Shown here: piece after piece, positions 29,075 to 41,222 of the stretch
Position numbering within the stretch: the first letter of the stretch is position 1
Layout of the letters: each line of letters starts with the position of its first letter
DNA from: Emiliania huxleyi CCMP1516
Taxonomy: Eukaryota
Length of the DNA: 64,000 nucleotides
Direction of reading: 5' to 3'
Assembly (NCBI RefSeq): GCF_000372725.1
Contig: NW_005201165.1
Location: 64,853-128,852 of the forward strand
Made by a program: the position numbers and the translations under genes
The notes under the pieces: generated by a model
Seen by the model: the letters and a program-made list of their open reading frames with translations, nothing else
What the model was told of the DNA's origin: nothing
Database searches by the model: none

Positions 29075-30227
29075 TCAGTCCATCTGGTCGATCGGCGTGA
29101 AGTTGAGGCCGAGGCCGTCGTTGCCCAGCTCGATGTACTTATTGATGGCGTCCTTGCCCTTGGCGTACGCGTCCTGCGCGATCTTGCGCCGCTTGCCGTC
29201 GTCCATCGCCTGTGGTGAGGCCAGGACATGTCGCGGAAGGGTCGTGCGGCGAGGCCAGGAGGCAGGAGCGGCTGGCGGCGGTGGGAGCGGTGCGCGCAGC
29301 GGCGGGCGGCGGTGGTGACGGAGGGCGGCGCAGCACGCCTTTGGCCCACCAAAGCCAAAGAAGCCGCCGCTGCCCTCCTTGCCGCTCGCGGCGGAGCGCA
29401 GGTCACGGCACGCCTGAGGAGGTCGGGCAAAGTGAGGGACAGGAGCCGCGCTGTGCCCCGCACCCCCACCTCCCGAGACCGGCAGAGAGGAGAGGGAGGG
29501 AGGGAGGGAGGGAGAGGAAGAGTGGGAAGGGAGAGGAGTTGCGTGTGCGGCTTCACCTCGCGCAGCTCGTCGATGGCGTCGTTCATCGCGAGCGTCTTCG
29601 GCGAGATCGTCTTCGACGAGAAGGAGGACGACCACAGCTCGAGCGGGCCGAACAGCCGGTCAATCGGACCTTTGGAGGTGAGGGCCGGAGGTGAGGGCAG
29701 TGGAGGTGAAGGCAGCGGAAGGTGAGGGCAGCGGAGGCGAGGGCAGCGGAGGCGAGGTCGGAGCCGTGCGGGGGAAGGAATGCAGGCAGGGGTGCAGCGG
29801 AGAGGAGGACTGCGGCAGTGGGCAGAGAGAGGCGGCAGTGAGGAGAGCTTCAGTGAGGAGAGCCGGCACTGAGGCAGTGAGAGAGCACACCCTTCTTCTC
29901 GAGCGCCGCCTGGATCGCGGCCCAGTCGCCACTGCTCACCTGCTTGCGCAGGCCTCCCGCCCAGTAGTCGCGCCCGCGCTCCACACGCGGCACATACCGC
30001 GTGTACGCCTGCTGCCGCGTCACCAGCGTAGACTCTGCCCGCGCCTGCGCCGCCGGAAGTAGCGCCGAGAGCCCGGCCGCCGCCGCGACGACCTCGCGGC
30101 GAGAGAGCGAGAGGTCATCCGAGGCAAGGCAGGCGGGCTGGCCGACGCGGACTGGGCCAACGGCCAGGCGCGAGGCGCCGACCGGCGAGACGACGACCGA
30201 CGGCGAGGCGGCGAGCAGCGAGAGCAT
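29075..30227 (-). CDS. Thylakoid-lumen protein, PsbQ-like helical bundle, multi-exon
   Basis: Bipartite presequence with twin-arginine SRRE, a hydrophobic core and an AQARA cleavage site. Helical mature part (SGDWAAIQAAL...AYAKGKDAINKYIEL). Confidence 0.6.
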
Positions 30228-30524
30228 ATCTGGGAGTGGTTTCTAGCGAAGGTCGGGAAGGGAAAAGAAAAACGAAAGAACCCGGACCTAAGACCCTTCT
30301 AGTCAGCGTGCCGTTCTCCCATCCCTCCCTTGGGTTGTGTGTTTTCTTTCTTTCTTTCTTTCCTTCTAGTCAGTGAGAAGAAGGAAGAAGGAGGCGAAAC
30401 AGTGTCACACCAAAATGTCGACAAATGTGAAAATACGCTGAAGACACGCACAACTTTCGCGTCGAGCCGTGCTACCTCGCCCTGCGGGCCGACCGCTCAC
30501 CACAGCTCACACCTCCCCTTTAAA

Positions 30525-31727
30525 ATGCCGTTGCTGCCGGACCTGCCCTTCACGCAGTCGAGTGCCTATCACCTAGCAATCTGCATGTGGTACGACACAG
30601 CCATCGCGAGCTCTGCCGGCATCGCCGCCGACATCAACCGCAGGTACGCGGAACGGCACGGCTTTGCATTCGTCTCGAGTGATGTCGTCTACAGTCCGGA
30701 TCGCCGCCCATCGTGGCAGCGGCTGAGCCTGATGCTGCGCACTCTCGAGGGCGGAGTGCAAGGCACACCTGTGGCCGCTGTGCTGTGGCTCGATGCTGAC
30801 GCAGTCTTCCTGCATGAGAACGGCGACGCGCTTGCTGCGCAGCTCGAGGCACACGGCATTGTGGGTGGCGGGCGAGGCCCCGACATCCTGCTCTCCGGCG
30901 ATCGTCCGTCCGACCTCTTCGTCAATACGGGAGTCATGGTCGTCCGCAACACGCCCTACGCGCGCGCTTGGCTGCGCTGGTTTATCAGCCTCAACGCCAG
31001 CCGGCCCGAGACGAGCAAGGACGCGCCGATATGCCTCAAGCTGCTCATGCGCTTCCCGTGGGAGCAGGGCTGTATCGGAGAGCTGTGGCACCGCAACGCG
31101 AGCGCGCTTTGGAGGCACGCCAAGCTCCTGCCGTACGGCGCGCTTCAGACGGCCGCCGCGCCGCCTCAGTTTGTGCGGCCGAGTGCTCCAATTGTGCACT
31201 TCATGCACGGGATCCCGCACCTCGGCAGCCGCACCGAGCCGATGGATCAAAAGGACCGTGAGGACGGGCTGCAAGTGGTCAAAGAGCGGACCGATCTCGT
31301 CCTCTCTGGCGGAACGCCCGCACCACTCCCGCTGGTCAAGTTCTTCTCGCGGCTCACGCTAGGGCCACACGAGACTATGGCGACGCTCCTCAACGCAAAG
31401 CTGCCGCTCTACCTGTTTCCGCACGACTACCTCACCTCCACCCGCTACTTGAACCCACCGTCAGACAAGCAGCCCAGCGAGTGGCCGCCGGGGGACCCCG
31501 CGCTGCTGCTGAGCGAGGCTCCGCGAAGCGGGGGCAGCGGCAGCGGCACCGCCCGCGCAGCGTTGGACGCCAAGCGCGAGTCTCGGGATCTGCCAACTCG
31601 GGACCCGGGGGTCGAGAAGCAACTCACCACTGCGCCTCCGGTGAGGAGGCCACGGAGCCAGCCGATATTACCGGGGTGGAAGCTGAGGCGGGAGGCCCCG
31701 CCAGCAGAGCTAATCGGTCGCGGATAG
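30525..31727 (+). CDS. Glycosyltransferase family 34 (galactosyl/mannosyl-transferase, GMA12/MNN10-like)
   Basis: NRRYAERHGF, PSWQRL, WLDADA (DxD), VNTGVMVVRN, WEQG and IVHF. Confidence 0.8.
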   Translation: MPLLPDLPFTQSSAYHLAICMWYDTAIASSAGIAADINRRYAERHGFAFVSSDVVYSPDRRPSWQRLSLMLRTLEGGVQGTPVAAVLWLDADAVFLHENGDALAAQLEAHGIVGGGRGPDILLSGDRPSDLFVNTGVMVVRNTPYARAWLRWFISLNASRPETSKDAPICLKLLMRFPWEQGCIGELWHRNASALWRHAKLLPYGALQTAAAPPQFVRPSAPIVHFMHGIPHLGSRTEPMDQKDREDGLQVVKERTDLVLSGGTPAPLPLVKFFSRLTLGPHETMATLLNAKLPLYLFPHDYLTSTRYLNPPSDKQPSEWPPGDPALLLSEAPRSGGSGSGTARAALDAKRESRDLPTRDPGVEKQLTTAPPVRRPRSQPILPGWKLRREAPPAELIGRG

Positions 31728-32072
31728 AGTGAACAAAGGGCAAAGGCGGGCGACTACCGACTCTTGTCTCTTCGAGCACCGGGGGAGACATGTTGATGAG
31801 GAGCACTGGCGTGACGCGTGCATGCGCGATGCGGAGGCGCGCGCGTACACAAAAATATCTTGCGCGTTTGTGGGGATGTCAATTATTGATAAATAATTAT
31901 ACTCTCGAGTCTCATTGAGCAGCTGCACTCTAGAGAACGCGCACGGGTCGCGCGGTCGGGGCAGGCGCGCAGCGCGAGGGCGCGCGTGGCTCTTTGGCGT
32001 CCGTTTTGGGATTGTAGTCACACGGCTCAAGAGAGAAGTCGACAGTGAGCATGTGGCGATGCAGCCACACAA

Positions 32073-33163
32073 TCAAGGCTCGAGTGAGGCCCAGCGCGTC
32101 TCCGGCGGCGGCGCGTGCCGGCGAAGGAAGGCGATGAAGCGCGCCGCCACGGCCTCCGAGAAGTCGCCGTCGCGCCACCGCTCGAGCAGCTCGGAGTTCG
32201 GTGCAAGGCGCGCCACCTGATGTTGACAGGAGTCGCCGTGGGCGCGAGGCGCCACAGAACGGGAGAGGTGCTGCCCGCCGCAGCGGCCGCGCGCACCTCC
32301 CTCGCCACCTCGGCGGGGTGGTAGATGTCTTTCCCTGTGCACAAGAGAGCCGCGCGTGAAGAGGCGCTGCTACAGCTACGTGAGCTGGGCGGTCGACGGC
32401 CGTGGCCGGCGGTCACGAGCAGCGGCGTCTGCACCGCGGAGACCTCCTCGCGCGACGCGGAAAAGACGAACTCTTCGGTGCCGCTCTCGAACATCGCTCC
32501 GTGCAGCCGCTGCAGCTCGGCGTCGGTCGCGCGGCCGGCGGAGCACATCTCCTGCGCCCACGCACCGAACCAGTCGCGCGTGGAGGCGGCGTTGGTGCCC
32601 TCCCACCCGCCTGCCTCCGTCGTGTGCTCCGCCACGCCGATGGGCTGCAGCATCAGCGCGCCGCTGAAGCGCTCCGGCGAGTGACGCAGCAGCCGAAAGA
32701 TGTACGACGGCCCTGCGCACGAGGCCAGTGCCGAGTTTTGGCCGAGATGGAGGCGAGGTCTATATCCGCAGCCGGAAGAGCCGGGTGGTGTGTGCAGCGG
32801 CGTGCGTGAGAGACTGACTGAGACTGACTGAGACTGACCGATACACTGGCCGATGAGCAAGCAGCGACCGATCCCGAGGTGGTCGAGCACGGCAATCTGG
32901 TCCTCGGCGAACGCGTCCCAGCCGGCCGCTGCGTCCACCGGCCCGGAGGAGTCTCCTGCGTTCCGCTGATCCATGGCGACCACGGTGAAGTCCTCGTCGC
33001 CGAGGCGGCTCCACGCGTCCCACGGCTGTGCGCGCCACATCCCAATGGAGGAGCGCATGCCGCCGGGCGCAATCAGCAGGACGGGGATACCCGCAGTCGC
33101 ACCGCGCACGGCAAAGGCGATGGTGGCGCCGCGAGTGGCGACAGTGCCCGATCGCACCAGCAT
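32073..33163 (-). CDS. Alpha/beta hydrolase with a Cys at the nucleophile elbow, multi-exon
   Basis: VLLIAPGG, VAMDQRNAGDS, DQIAVLDHLGI, GQCIG, LQPIG and DIYHP. Confidence 0.8.
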
Positions 33164-33833
33164 TCGTTCGTCGGAAACGCAGCGGGCGTTGCCCAAAGAG
33201 ACGGAGGAGCAACGAGCGCCCTGGCGTGAGCCGAAGACACTCCCTCCGTAGACACTGATCACACACGGGTGGGACAGGGTGGGTCACAACAACGAGGCAC
33301 GAGAGCGTGCACGACAGAGCGACGGCGCAGCGTACCGCCGTCCAGCTAAAAAGCGGCGGCCGACGGTTGCTGCGCAAAGTGATCAGTTCTAAAATAGGTG
33401 CCGGGGCCCAACGGATAGATGAATCCGGGGCACCCTCCGCTCGAATCCCTGGCCGGGGGTTCGAGGTGGCCCCCACCCTGGGGCCTCCCATCAAAGGGAC
33501 TGCGGCAGAAGACGCCCAATCTTGCACAAGTGCAAGAACCATACGTCGCTAAAGTCGACAAGGCAGCGACTTTTTTTCGATTTGGCAGCGAGCGTATAAA
33601 CTGCGCGGTTTTGTTTTCTTTCAGGGGAGGGTTGGGAAGGGGGGGCGAGGCCGGAGGAGTATGACGGCCTCTTCGACGGCCCATAAGGGGCCGTTGTCTG
33701 CTGTGCCTTTTGTGGTGCTAGTTCGTGCCAGTCTGCTGTGAGAGGGGCTTGTATTCGTGGAATTCTTCTTTCTCTCTCTCCTTGACGTCACAGCGCGCCC
33801 GATCAAGGCGGGCTCGAGCGACGAACACTGCAC

Positions 33834-35549
33834 ATGCTGCTCACCATCGCCGCGGAGCTGCTTCCGTACTCGTCATTCCTCTCGACGTCGAGTTTCCTCC
33901 TCAACGCAGCCTTTCGCCCCGCACCACTCTCTACAATCATCTCAACCGTCGTCGAAGCTGCAAAGGCCGTGCCAGCAGCCGCGTGCAACCTCGCATCCTT
34001 CGGCTTCACCATCTCTCTCGGCCTCGCGATGCTCTGCGTGCCGCTCGTTATCTCGACGTGTGTATGGACGGTCTGGACTCTGGCCGCCGTCGGACCCGCC
34101 CGCAAGACCCTCTCAACCATCCTCATGTGCGGACTGGGTCCGCTTGTCCTGCCTCTCCTCTCCTCTATTGTCCTCGGCATCGCCTGGGTAGCCTTCAGCG
34201 TGCTGGCCGCAGCAGCTGCCACGTTGCTCCCCTGTGTGGTACTCCTCAGCGCTCTCTACTGGGGACTCGTCAGCGCGGCGGAGTTTCGCACCAGGGAGAG
34301 GCGAAAGCCGCAGGACGGCGCGCAGGACATCACGTTCACAGAGATGCTTCTGGCCATCTTTGCCGCCGCCACCTCCCTCGCCGTCACCGGCCCGGTCGTC
34401 CTCCTCCTCACGCTGATCAAGAGCCCGTTGGTGCTCCTCGGAGCCACTGTCTTAGCTTCATCGCAAGCGCTTGGCGCAATCTGGAAGTCAAGGGCTGGTC
34501 CGTTTGGCTCACTTCTGCTGCTGGTCCTGTTCGCCCTCGGGTTTTCGGTCGGCGTGCCTTGCCTCGCCATTGCCATCGCCCTCTCCGCGCTCGTCAAGCT
34601 CGTCGGGTGCGCGCTGTGGCCTGGGTACGTCGCGTGTGGCTGGCTGCGGACCGTTGGCGCCAAGCGCCGGGTGGCACACCGCCGCCTCACTGTTCGAGCA
34701 GTGCGCGCGCGGCTGTCGGATGCGAGCAAGGCCGCTTACCAGGTGGTCTGGCTCTCCGACATTGTCACCAATGCCAGTATCTTGCTGCGACCTGACCTCG
34801 CTGCGCAGGCCGTACACGAGTTCGGCGACCTCGCCCGGGGCGCACGGCGCGAGCTATCGCCAGAGGTGAGGTGCGTCTCGTGGTTTCCGCCAGCGGTGAT
34901 CGGAGTCTTTGGTGGCCGGGTCGGCGACGGCGGTGGGGAGTGGCGTGTGGAGGTGGGGAGGCTTGCGGCCAAGGCAGGCGTGGAGAGCGGAGCTTTCGAG
35001 AGGATGTGGGGGGCATTCTTTGCTGCCGTCGAAGCCTCCGGCCGCCGGTGCCTCGCAGAGGGCCTGTTGACTGAGGACGCCATCCTCGAGGCGCAGCCTA
35101 GCCTAATCGTCGGGCTGCCCTCCCTCGTGCTCTTCGAAGCCGTTGTGCGCTCGCCACCCAACGACGACGCGCTCACCTTGCGCGACGGCACCGAGCTCAC
35201 GAATAGCAGCCGACCGCGAGGCGCGTGGGCTGATGCGCGCTGGGCCGAGCTGATGCGGGCCAAGCACAAGTGGCAGCAGCACGAGGCGCGGATCCTGTCC
35301 GGCCTGGGTAGCGACGCGCTGCAACGGTCGCGCCGTGCGTTGGAGGCGGTCCTCCTCGCTGGCGGCGAGGATCCGACGGAGCTGTCGGAGAAGCTGGCGG
35401 CGCTGGTTGGCCCAGGGGAAGAGGAGCTGTCTGGTCCGGAGCGCGACGTGCGACAGGCACTCTACGCCGCCGCCCTCGCGTGCGCGGGACACGCCATCTT
35501 CAAACGGCATTGCAACGATGCGCTGCAGGCGGTCCTCTCGGTCGACTGA
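33834..35549 (+). CDS. Polytopic membrane protein resembling the plant uncharacterised At3g27390-type family
   Basis: 571-aa single ORF with many TM segments; C-terminal motifs GLL...IVGLPSL...ELTNSSRP. Confidence 0.6.
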   Translation: MLLTIAAELLPYSSFLSTSSFLLNAAFRPAPLSTIISTVVEAAKAVPAAACNLASFGFTISLGLAMLCVPLVISTCVWTVWTLAAVGPARKTLSTILMCGLGPLVLPLLSSIVLGIAWVAFSVLAAAAATLLPCVVLLSALYWGLVSAAEFRTRERRKPQDGAQDITFTEMLLAIFAAATSLAVTGPVVLLLTLIKSPLVLLGATVLASSQALGAIWKSRAGPFGSLLLLVLFALGFSVGVPCLAIAIALSALVKLVGCALWPGYVACGWLRTVGAKRRVAHRRLTVRAVRARLSDASKAAYQVVWLSDIVTNASILLRPDLAAQAVHEFGDLARGARRELSPEVRCVSWFPPAVIGVFGGRVGDGGGEWRVEVGRLAAKAGVESGAFERMWGAFFAAVEASGRRCLAEGLLTEDAILEAQPSLIVGLPSLVLFEAVVRSPPNDDALTLRDGTELTNSSRPRGAWADARWAELMRAKHKWQQHEARILSGLGSDALQRSRRALEAVLLAGGEDPTELSEKLAALVGPGEEELSGPERDVRQALYAAALACAGHAIFKRHCNDALQAVLSVD

Positions 35550-36240
35550 CTGGAGCTTGTGCATGATACACCGAATGGAGGGAAAGAGCGGCCCTTTGGC
35601 GGCCGGTAATTTTTTCTATGCTAGAGAGGACTTATAAAATCGCTCCTCATCCGGCAAGCCCCGCTGTCAGCAGTTCACCCCCTCGAGTATGTAGAAAGAA
35701 AGAAAACAGAGAAGCCAAGGGAGGGATGCGGGGAGGACCACGGCACGCCGCCACCACACAGGGATTTTAAGGAGAGGAGTGTGGTGGTGCTAGCTGCTAC
35801 CTGCTAGCCGTCGCCCACCCTTGGGAGTCTGCCTCTTCCTATCTCTCTTCGCAGTCTCTCGCCGCTTCTCGCTGCAACCTTCATGCCACCTCGCGGTCGT
35901 CCCACTCTCGTCGTTCTCTCCCCTGTCGGCTGTCGCTTGACGCTTCATCCTCTGACTCATCGCGCTCCTCTGCCTCGTTCTGTGACGACGCCGACGGGTA
36001 TGTTCGTAAGCATTCCGGGGAAATTCTTTTCTACCTAGTACGCAGTGTGCGCCCTCCTGTCTGGTATAGAACAGCCACTCCGCTGTGAACCTCTCACAGA
36101 CCAGCGCATAGCGCCATAGGACGTATTTTCTTGTCAATAACAAGGCTGTGAACACCGAGGGGCCTCCGTCGGCTTGCGCTCCTGCTGGTCGGAGAAGAAG
36201 TGCGCCCTCTCGCTTCGCTCGACGCCACCCCTTGGCAGCA

Positions 36241-36627
36241 ATGGCTGACGTACCAAATGCAGCTCCTGTCGCCTGCGTGCTGGCCGGCCACGGCTTATTC
36301 CTCCTCGGATGCGGCTGGTACGGCGCCAAGATCTCCGGCTGGACAGCCATGCACAGCCTGTACGCTGGCGCTGGAGGCGGCGCAGCGCTGGGTGTCTGCG
36401 GCCTCCTCACCGTTGGCGGCACGCGTAAGCTGTACATGATCGGTGTGCACGTCGGCCTGTTGCTCCAGGTTGCGTTTAGCGCCGTCTTTGGGCTGCAAGC
36501 GTGGAGGTCGTACGGCGTACCAGCCAAGGCGGACCGGTTTCCGCTCTTTGTCGTCATGTGCGGCGGCTCGGTGCTCGCGCTTGGGCTGATGCGCGCCTTC
36601 AAACCGAAGGCTAAGGAGAAGAAGTGA
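36241..36627 (+). CDS. Small TMEM14/FAX-like membrane protein
   Basis: 128 aa, four short Gly-rich TM segments (GWYG...HSLYAGAGGG) and a basic C-terminus. Confidence 0.55.
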   Translation: MADVPNAAPVACVLAGHGLFLLGCGWYGAKISGWTAMHSLYAGAGGGAALGVCGLLTVGGTRKLYMIGVHVGLLLQVAFSAVFGLQAWRSYGVPAKADRFPLFVVMCGGSVLALGLMRAFKPKAKEKK

Positions 36628-36885
36628 GAGGCGCCCCGTGCATAGTTCAGCCCCCAGCACGGGCTAAAGGTAGAACGACAAACTTACTTGTGATCTTGAG
36701 CATGCGCACAACCGCCCGGCCGCCCGCGGTACCCTGATCCCTGTCATAGTCACTGTACCTTTTTAACACTATATGACTTTGGAGAATTCACATGACTTTA
36801 GGTTGAAGACACACACTGACGAGAGAAGGTGCGCTACGATACCACGCGCACGGGATTAGAGCATGATTCCATGAAAATTCCAGCG

Positions 36886-38544
36886 CTACAGTTCATCGTC
36901 CAAGTCACCTGCTGCTCTTCTGTCCTCCGTGCCGGTGCCGCTACCGGCCCGGCACGGCTGCGAGAGACAGCTCTCGCCGCCCGCCCCGTCTCCACTGCCA
37001 CCGCCGCCGCCAGAAGCGGCGGCCTCGCTCACCACCACCGCTGGCGCCTCCGCAGAGGGGACCAGCTTGACGAGGGCGGCGGGCACCTGCTCACAGCTTG
37101 CGGCGTGAAGAGGGGACCCTCGCGCGGTTGGGACGAAGGCCGTGAAGAGGGGACCAGCTGAATGAGGGCGACGGCGACGGCGCGGGCGAGCGAAGCGCTG
37201 GCCGCCGCCGCCTCTGCCGCCAGCGACGCGAGGGTGGGGCCCCACCGGAGCACGAGCGGGCCGCCGTGCGCCGCGCCCGCCTGCTCACAGCTCGGAGCTG
37301 TGAAGAGACGCCGCCCACTTATCACGAGACGCGTCCGCCGCCTTCGCCTCGACAGCGCGAGAGCAGAACGACGCGGCGGCGGCGGCGGCGTCGCGGGCAG
37401 CAGATGCGAGGGCTGGTCCGTGGAGGGCTGCGGCGGCCGCCGCGCCAGACGCCAGACGCGACGAGGCCGCCGCCGCCGCCGCCGCCGCCGCGCCGCCCCG
37501 CCACGCCGCGCCGCCGACAGCAGAGCTGGCCGCGATGGCGGTGCTCGAGAGGGCGGAGGAGAGGGCGGCGGCGTTGGCGGCGGCGGCGGCGGCGTGGGGG
37601 CGGAGCGCCGCAGCCGCGTCGCGCAGTGTGGCGCCTGCCGTGCGGCGCGTGTGCGGCGACATGAGCAGCACCAGCGGGAAGAGCGAGAGCACCTGAGCGC
37701 CCGAGGCGCACGCGTGAGCCGTTCACTCTGCGGCGGGTCCGGCGCGAGAGCAGCGGAGGCACGATGTGGGGAGGAGAGGCGGAGACGGCGCCGCACGCGA
37801 CGATCACCCAGATCAGGTCGGAGGAGGTGAGGTGCAGCAGCGGCTCGAAGGCGCCTGCTCACAGCTAAATGCCTGTCCAGCGGCGGCAGCCCGACGCGTG
37901 ACGGCAGCGGCGCAGCGGCGCCGAGGGCGTCGGCGAGGAGGTAGAGGGTGGCGAGCGCTGCGACGCCCGCGAGGGGGGAGGAGTGCGGGCAGGCGCGCCA
38001 GAAGAAGCCGCCAAACAGGTAGACCTGTGCCGCGCGTCGCAGGTGTGGAGAGGCGGCAGGGCCCAGGGTGCGGGACAGAGGTGCAGCCCGCCAGTGCGGC
38101 GCCACCAAGGCCCGAGTGCAGCATCGCGGGCACCGCGGCGGCCGGGAGAAGGACGAAGAGGACAAAGCCGTCGAGCGGCGAGCCGAGCGGCGCCAGCATG
38201 CTCCGGAAGCTCTTGTCCCGCCGGCAGACGGCGGTGGCGGGAAGGACCGCGAGCGAGGCGACGAGGCCAGTCAAGAGGTAGAGCTTGCAGATCACGAGCA
38301 GGATGAGGTATGCCTTGCCGACAAAGGCTGCCAGCTCGGGCCAGGGCGTATCTGGTGCCGCCGACGAGGACGACGAGCGCTGCGTGCTCTCCGATCCGCG
38401 AGGCGTGCTGTCGGGAGGATCGGCCGGCGCCGCCGCCTGTTGCTGCAGCAGGCGTATGCCGACAAGGGAGGCGAACGTGGCAAGCGAGGCAGCGGCGACG
38501 CCGAGCGTCATGACGATGGAGCCGGCGAGCAGGTCGGCAATCAT
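36886..38544 (-). CDS. Hypothetical multi-pass membrane protein, multi-exon; 3' end uncertain
   Basis: Hydrophobic exons separated by typical acceptors (37855, 37281, 37087). Confidence 0.45.
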
Positions 38545-38761
38545 CGGGCGGCAGGTGTCCTTCCGCCTATCTAGCGGGCCGTGCGATGCTGGCGCGAGGA
38601 TTTTTTATCAGGCGTCTTCTTGCTGTTTATTCACAGGTTGCCCAGGTTCCCTGGGGTCGCCTCGTGAATAAACGAGTATAAACACGTGATTTTTTATTGC
38701 AATACCGGGCGCGCCAGGCATTACCTCCTTTACGTGTGATACGTGGCGATGTTTTGTGACG

Positions 38762-39498
38762 ACCATCTACTGTAACTTCAAAGTGCTCGAAGTGTGTCCA
38801 ACGTGGAGACTCTGATCGTCGCGAGATCCTGCGTGCCGTGCCTAGTCGCGCTGCTCGAGTACGCCTTTCTGGGCCGCCAGCTCCCATCCTGCCGCTCGTG
38901 GCTCGCGATGCTCGTCATGTGCAGTGTGGCGCGGTGGGCTACGTTATGAGCGACGCGGGCCTTGATGGCAGGGTTGACAGCATACACCTTGATCACAGTC
39001 TACTTTCTCGTGGTAGCAGTGGAATCCGCCTACGGCAAGCATATCGTTGGCCCACACCTCGGCTTTGGAAGCATGTGGGGTCCGACGCTGTACACCAACA
39101 CTATCTCCATCCCCCCGATGGTCGCTATCGGGCTCCTCTCTGGTGAGCAAGAGGCTCTCTTGCGTCACGCCGACTGCTCCAAGTCCAGCCCGGTGGAGGA
39201 TGCCGACTCGAACCAAGCCGTCGTTCTTCTCGTCCTCATCTCGTGCGCTCTCGGCGTGGCTGTCGCGTTCCTCGGCTTCGAGGCTAGGAGGCTCGTGTCG
39301 GCGACGTCGTGCTTCACAGTGTTGGGCGTGGCGGGGAAAATGGCGACGGTGACCGCCAACGGGCTGATCTGGGACAAGCACGCCTCGCCCGAGGGTATTG
39401 CGTTTCTGGCGGCCTGCCTGGCCGGTGCGGCCATATACCAGCAATCTCCGCTGCGAAGCGGGGCGATCCAAAGGAGAGATGACTTTGCCGCTATCTAG
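38762..39498 (+). pseudogene. GDP-sugar transporter (GONST-like) fragment, 5'-truncated with about three frameshifts
   Basis: TIYCNFKVLEV/SNVETLIVARSCVP...LPS/GAVGYVMSD/...YTNTISIPP...FTVLGVAGKMATV...IWDKHAS...YQQSP; the frame changes at ~38795, ~38926 and ~38961. Confidence 0.7.
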
Positions 39499-39792
39499 AT
39501 AATCTGGGTTCCGGCTCCTACCCAGACAGGGGGTCTGTTCACCACGGTTAGACCCTATGCAAAAGGTAGGTATGGTGGGGTGGTGGTGGTGGTGGTGGTG
39601 GCGGGGGGTGGGGGAGGGAGGGTGTAAAAAACCGAAACCGCCTCGCTCGCGCGGGAGACGGCGCGTTTAGCCGCGAACGCCTCGAGAGCCCAGTAGGCCA
39701 TGCTCTGGCGGGCTCGCGAGCGGCGCGCACCGCGGTACAAGCCGGCGCGCGGCGGGCGTTGGGAGCCTATTCACAGAGGGGGGGGGATTTTC

Positions 39793-40705
39793 CTGAGGGA
39801 GGGTGTAGAGGATGTAGAGTGAGAGCGCTGTAGAGCTGTAGAGCTGTAGAGCGCTCTGGAGCGCTGTAGAGCTGTAGAGCTCTACATTCACCGCGTGACG
39901 AACTGCGTGCGTTGTAGAGCGATGTAGAGCGCGATTTTGCTGTAGAGTTTGTTGTAGAGGCTCTATTAATAGCAAAACCGCGGAAAGGCAGTGACTCAAA
40001 GAGGTCGAGCCGCACTAATGGGGTATCTCCGAGCTTACTGGAGCTCTGATGGACGGCCCTGACTATCCCTGACACACAGAGAGTCACTCTGACGGCACAC
40101 AACACCCTCTATGACTGCGTCATGACCAGCCTGCCATGCGTCGCCGGTGCCGCATTCGTCGCAGTGCTTCTTTAGCAGGCGGTGGACTGTCGGCTGCGAG
40201 GACGGTCGCATTTGCGCGAGGCGAGGCGAGCATTGCTGCGCGTTGCATGCGCCATGACTCGCGCCAGCGCGTGCGGGAGCTCCTGGCTGAGCGTTGAGTC
40301 CAGGCGAGTTGCGCTGGCCACTATCGCTACGCCGAGCCGAGCTGACGCGCCGAGGCGCGCCGGCCAGTCGCAGCCGTGAGGCATGCCACAGCAGCAGAGG
40401 CACCTGCCACCCATTGGGCGGGCAGATAGAAGGCCAGGGCAGCACTGGCAAGTGCAACGCGCCTAAAATGTCGGAGAGCGACCGTGCCTCGTTCGCCGCT
40501 TATGAGGTAGAGTTTGTTGATGTTGTAGAGATTTCACGTTGTAGAGCGCCTCTACATCGCTCTACATCTGCATCGCTCTGTCCCGCGCCGGATGTAGAGC
40601 TCTACAGCTCTACAGCGCTCTACAGCGCTCTCCAGCGCTCTACATCTCTACAGCTCTACAGACAGACAGCGCTCTACACTCTACATCCTCTACACCCTCC
40701 CTCAG
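39793..40705. mobile_element. 913-bp non-autonomous DNA transposon (MITE-like) with 29-bp perfect TIRs and subterminal GTAGAG repeats
   Basis: ctgagggagggtgtagaggatgtagagtg at 39793 and its exact reverse complement ending at 40705. Confidence 0.85.
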
Positions 40706-40989
40706 TCAGTGTTGTTTCTGCTGTTGTTTGTGCCCTTGGCACCGTGGGTGCTGGGGGGGGCGACAGGGTCCGGGCGTGGGGCCCTGAGTGGCGTAGTGCT
40801 CAGGATGTGTGGCAGCCCAGCTGGCTGAGTGTCTAGCTAGTGAGTTGGTTTGGTGTGTCTGTGTGTCGCTCGCGCGTGTCGTCGTCTTCTGTCTCGCGTC
40901 CACCCATACCGCGTTGGTGTCCAGTCCGAGCCTGACTGTTCTTCGCGTTTTTTCTATCTAATCTAATCTAGCGTGCGTGGGTGCGTGTG

Positions 40990-41222
40990 GGACCAGCTTC
41001 CAGAGCGGCGTGCCCTCGTCCTTGTCCAGCTCGTTGGTCCCAAACTCTGCGCGCTTCAGCTCCACCTCTGCGTCGGCGAGGCCCTGCCCCTGGTCAACGC
41101 CGTGGCTGGCGAGCACCTGCGGGCGCAGAGGCAGCGTGCGTGTGGGCCGCTGCAGCGGAGGCGCCCAGCAGCGGGACGAGAGCCTGCTCGGTGGGGTAGG
41201 CCCACGGCCTCTCCGAAGCCAT
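40990..41222 (-). pseudogene. Truncated copy of SERCA exon 1 and part of exon 2
   Basis: [13 protein letters not shown]...EGTPLWKLV, then homology ends at 40990. Confidence 0.85.
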
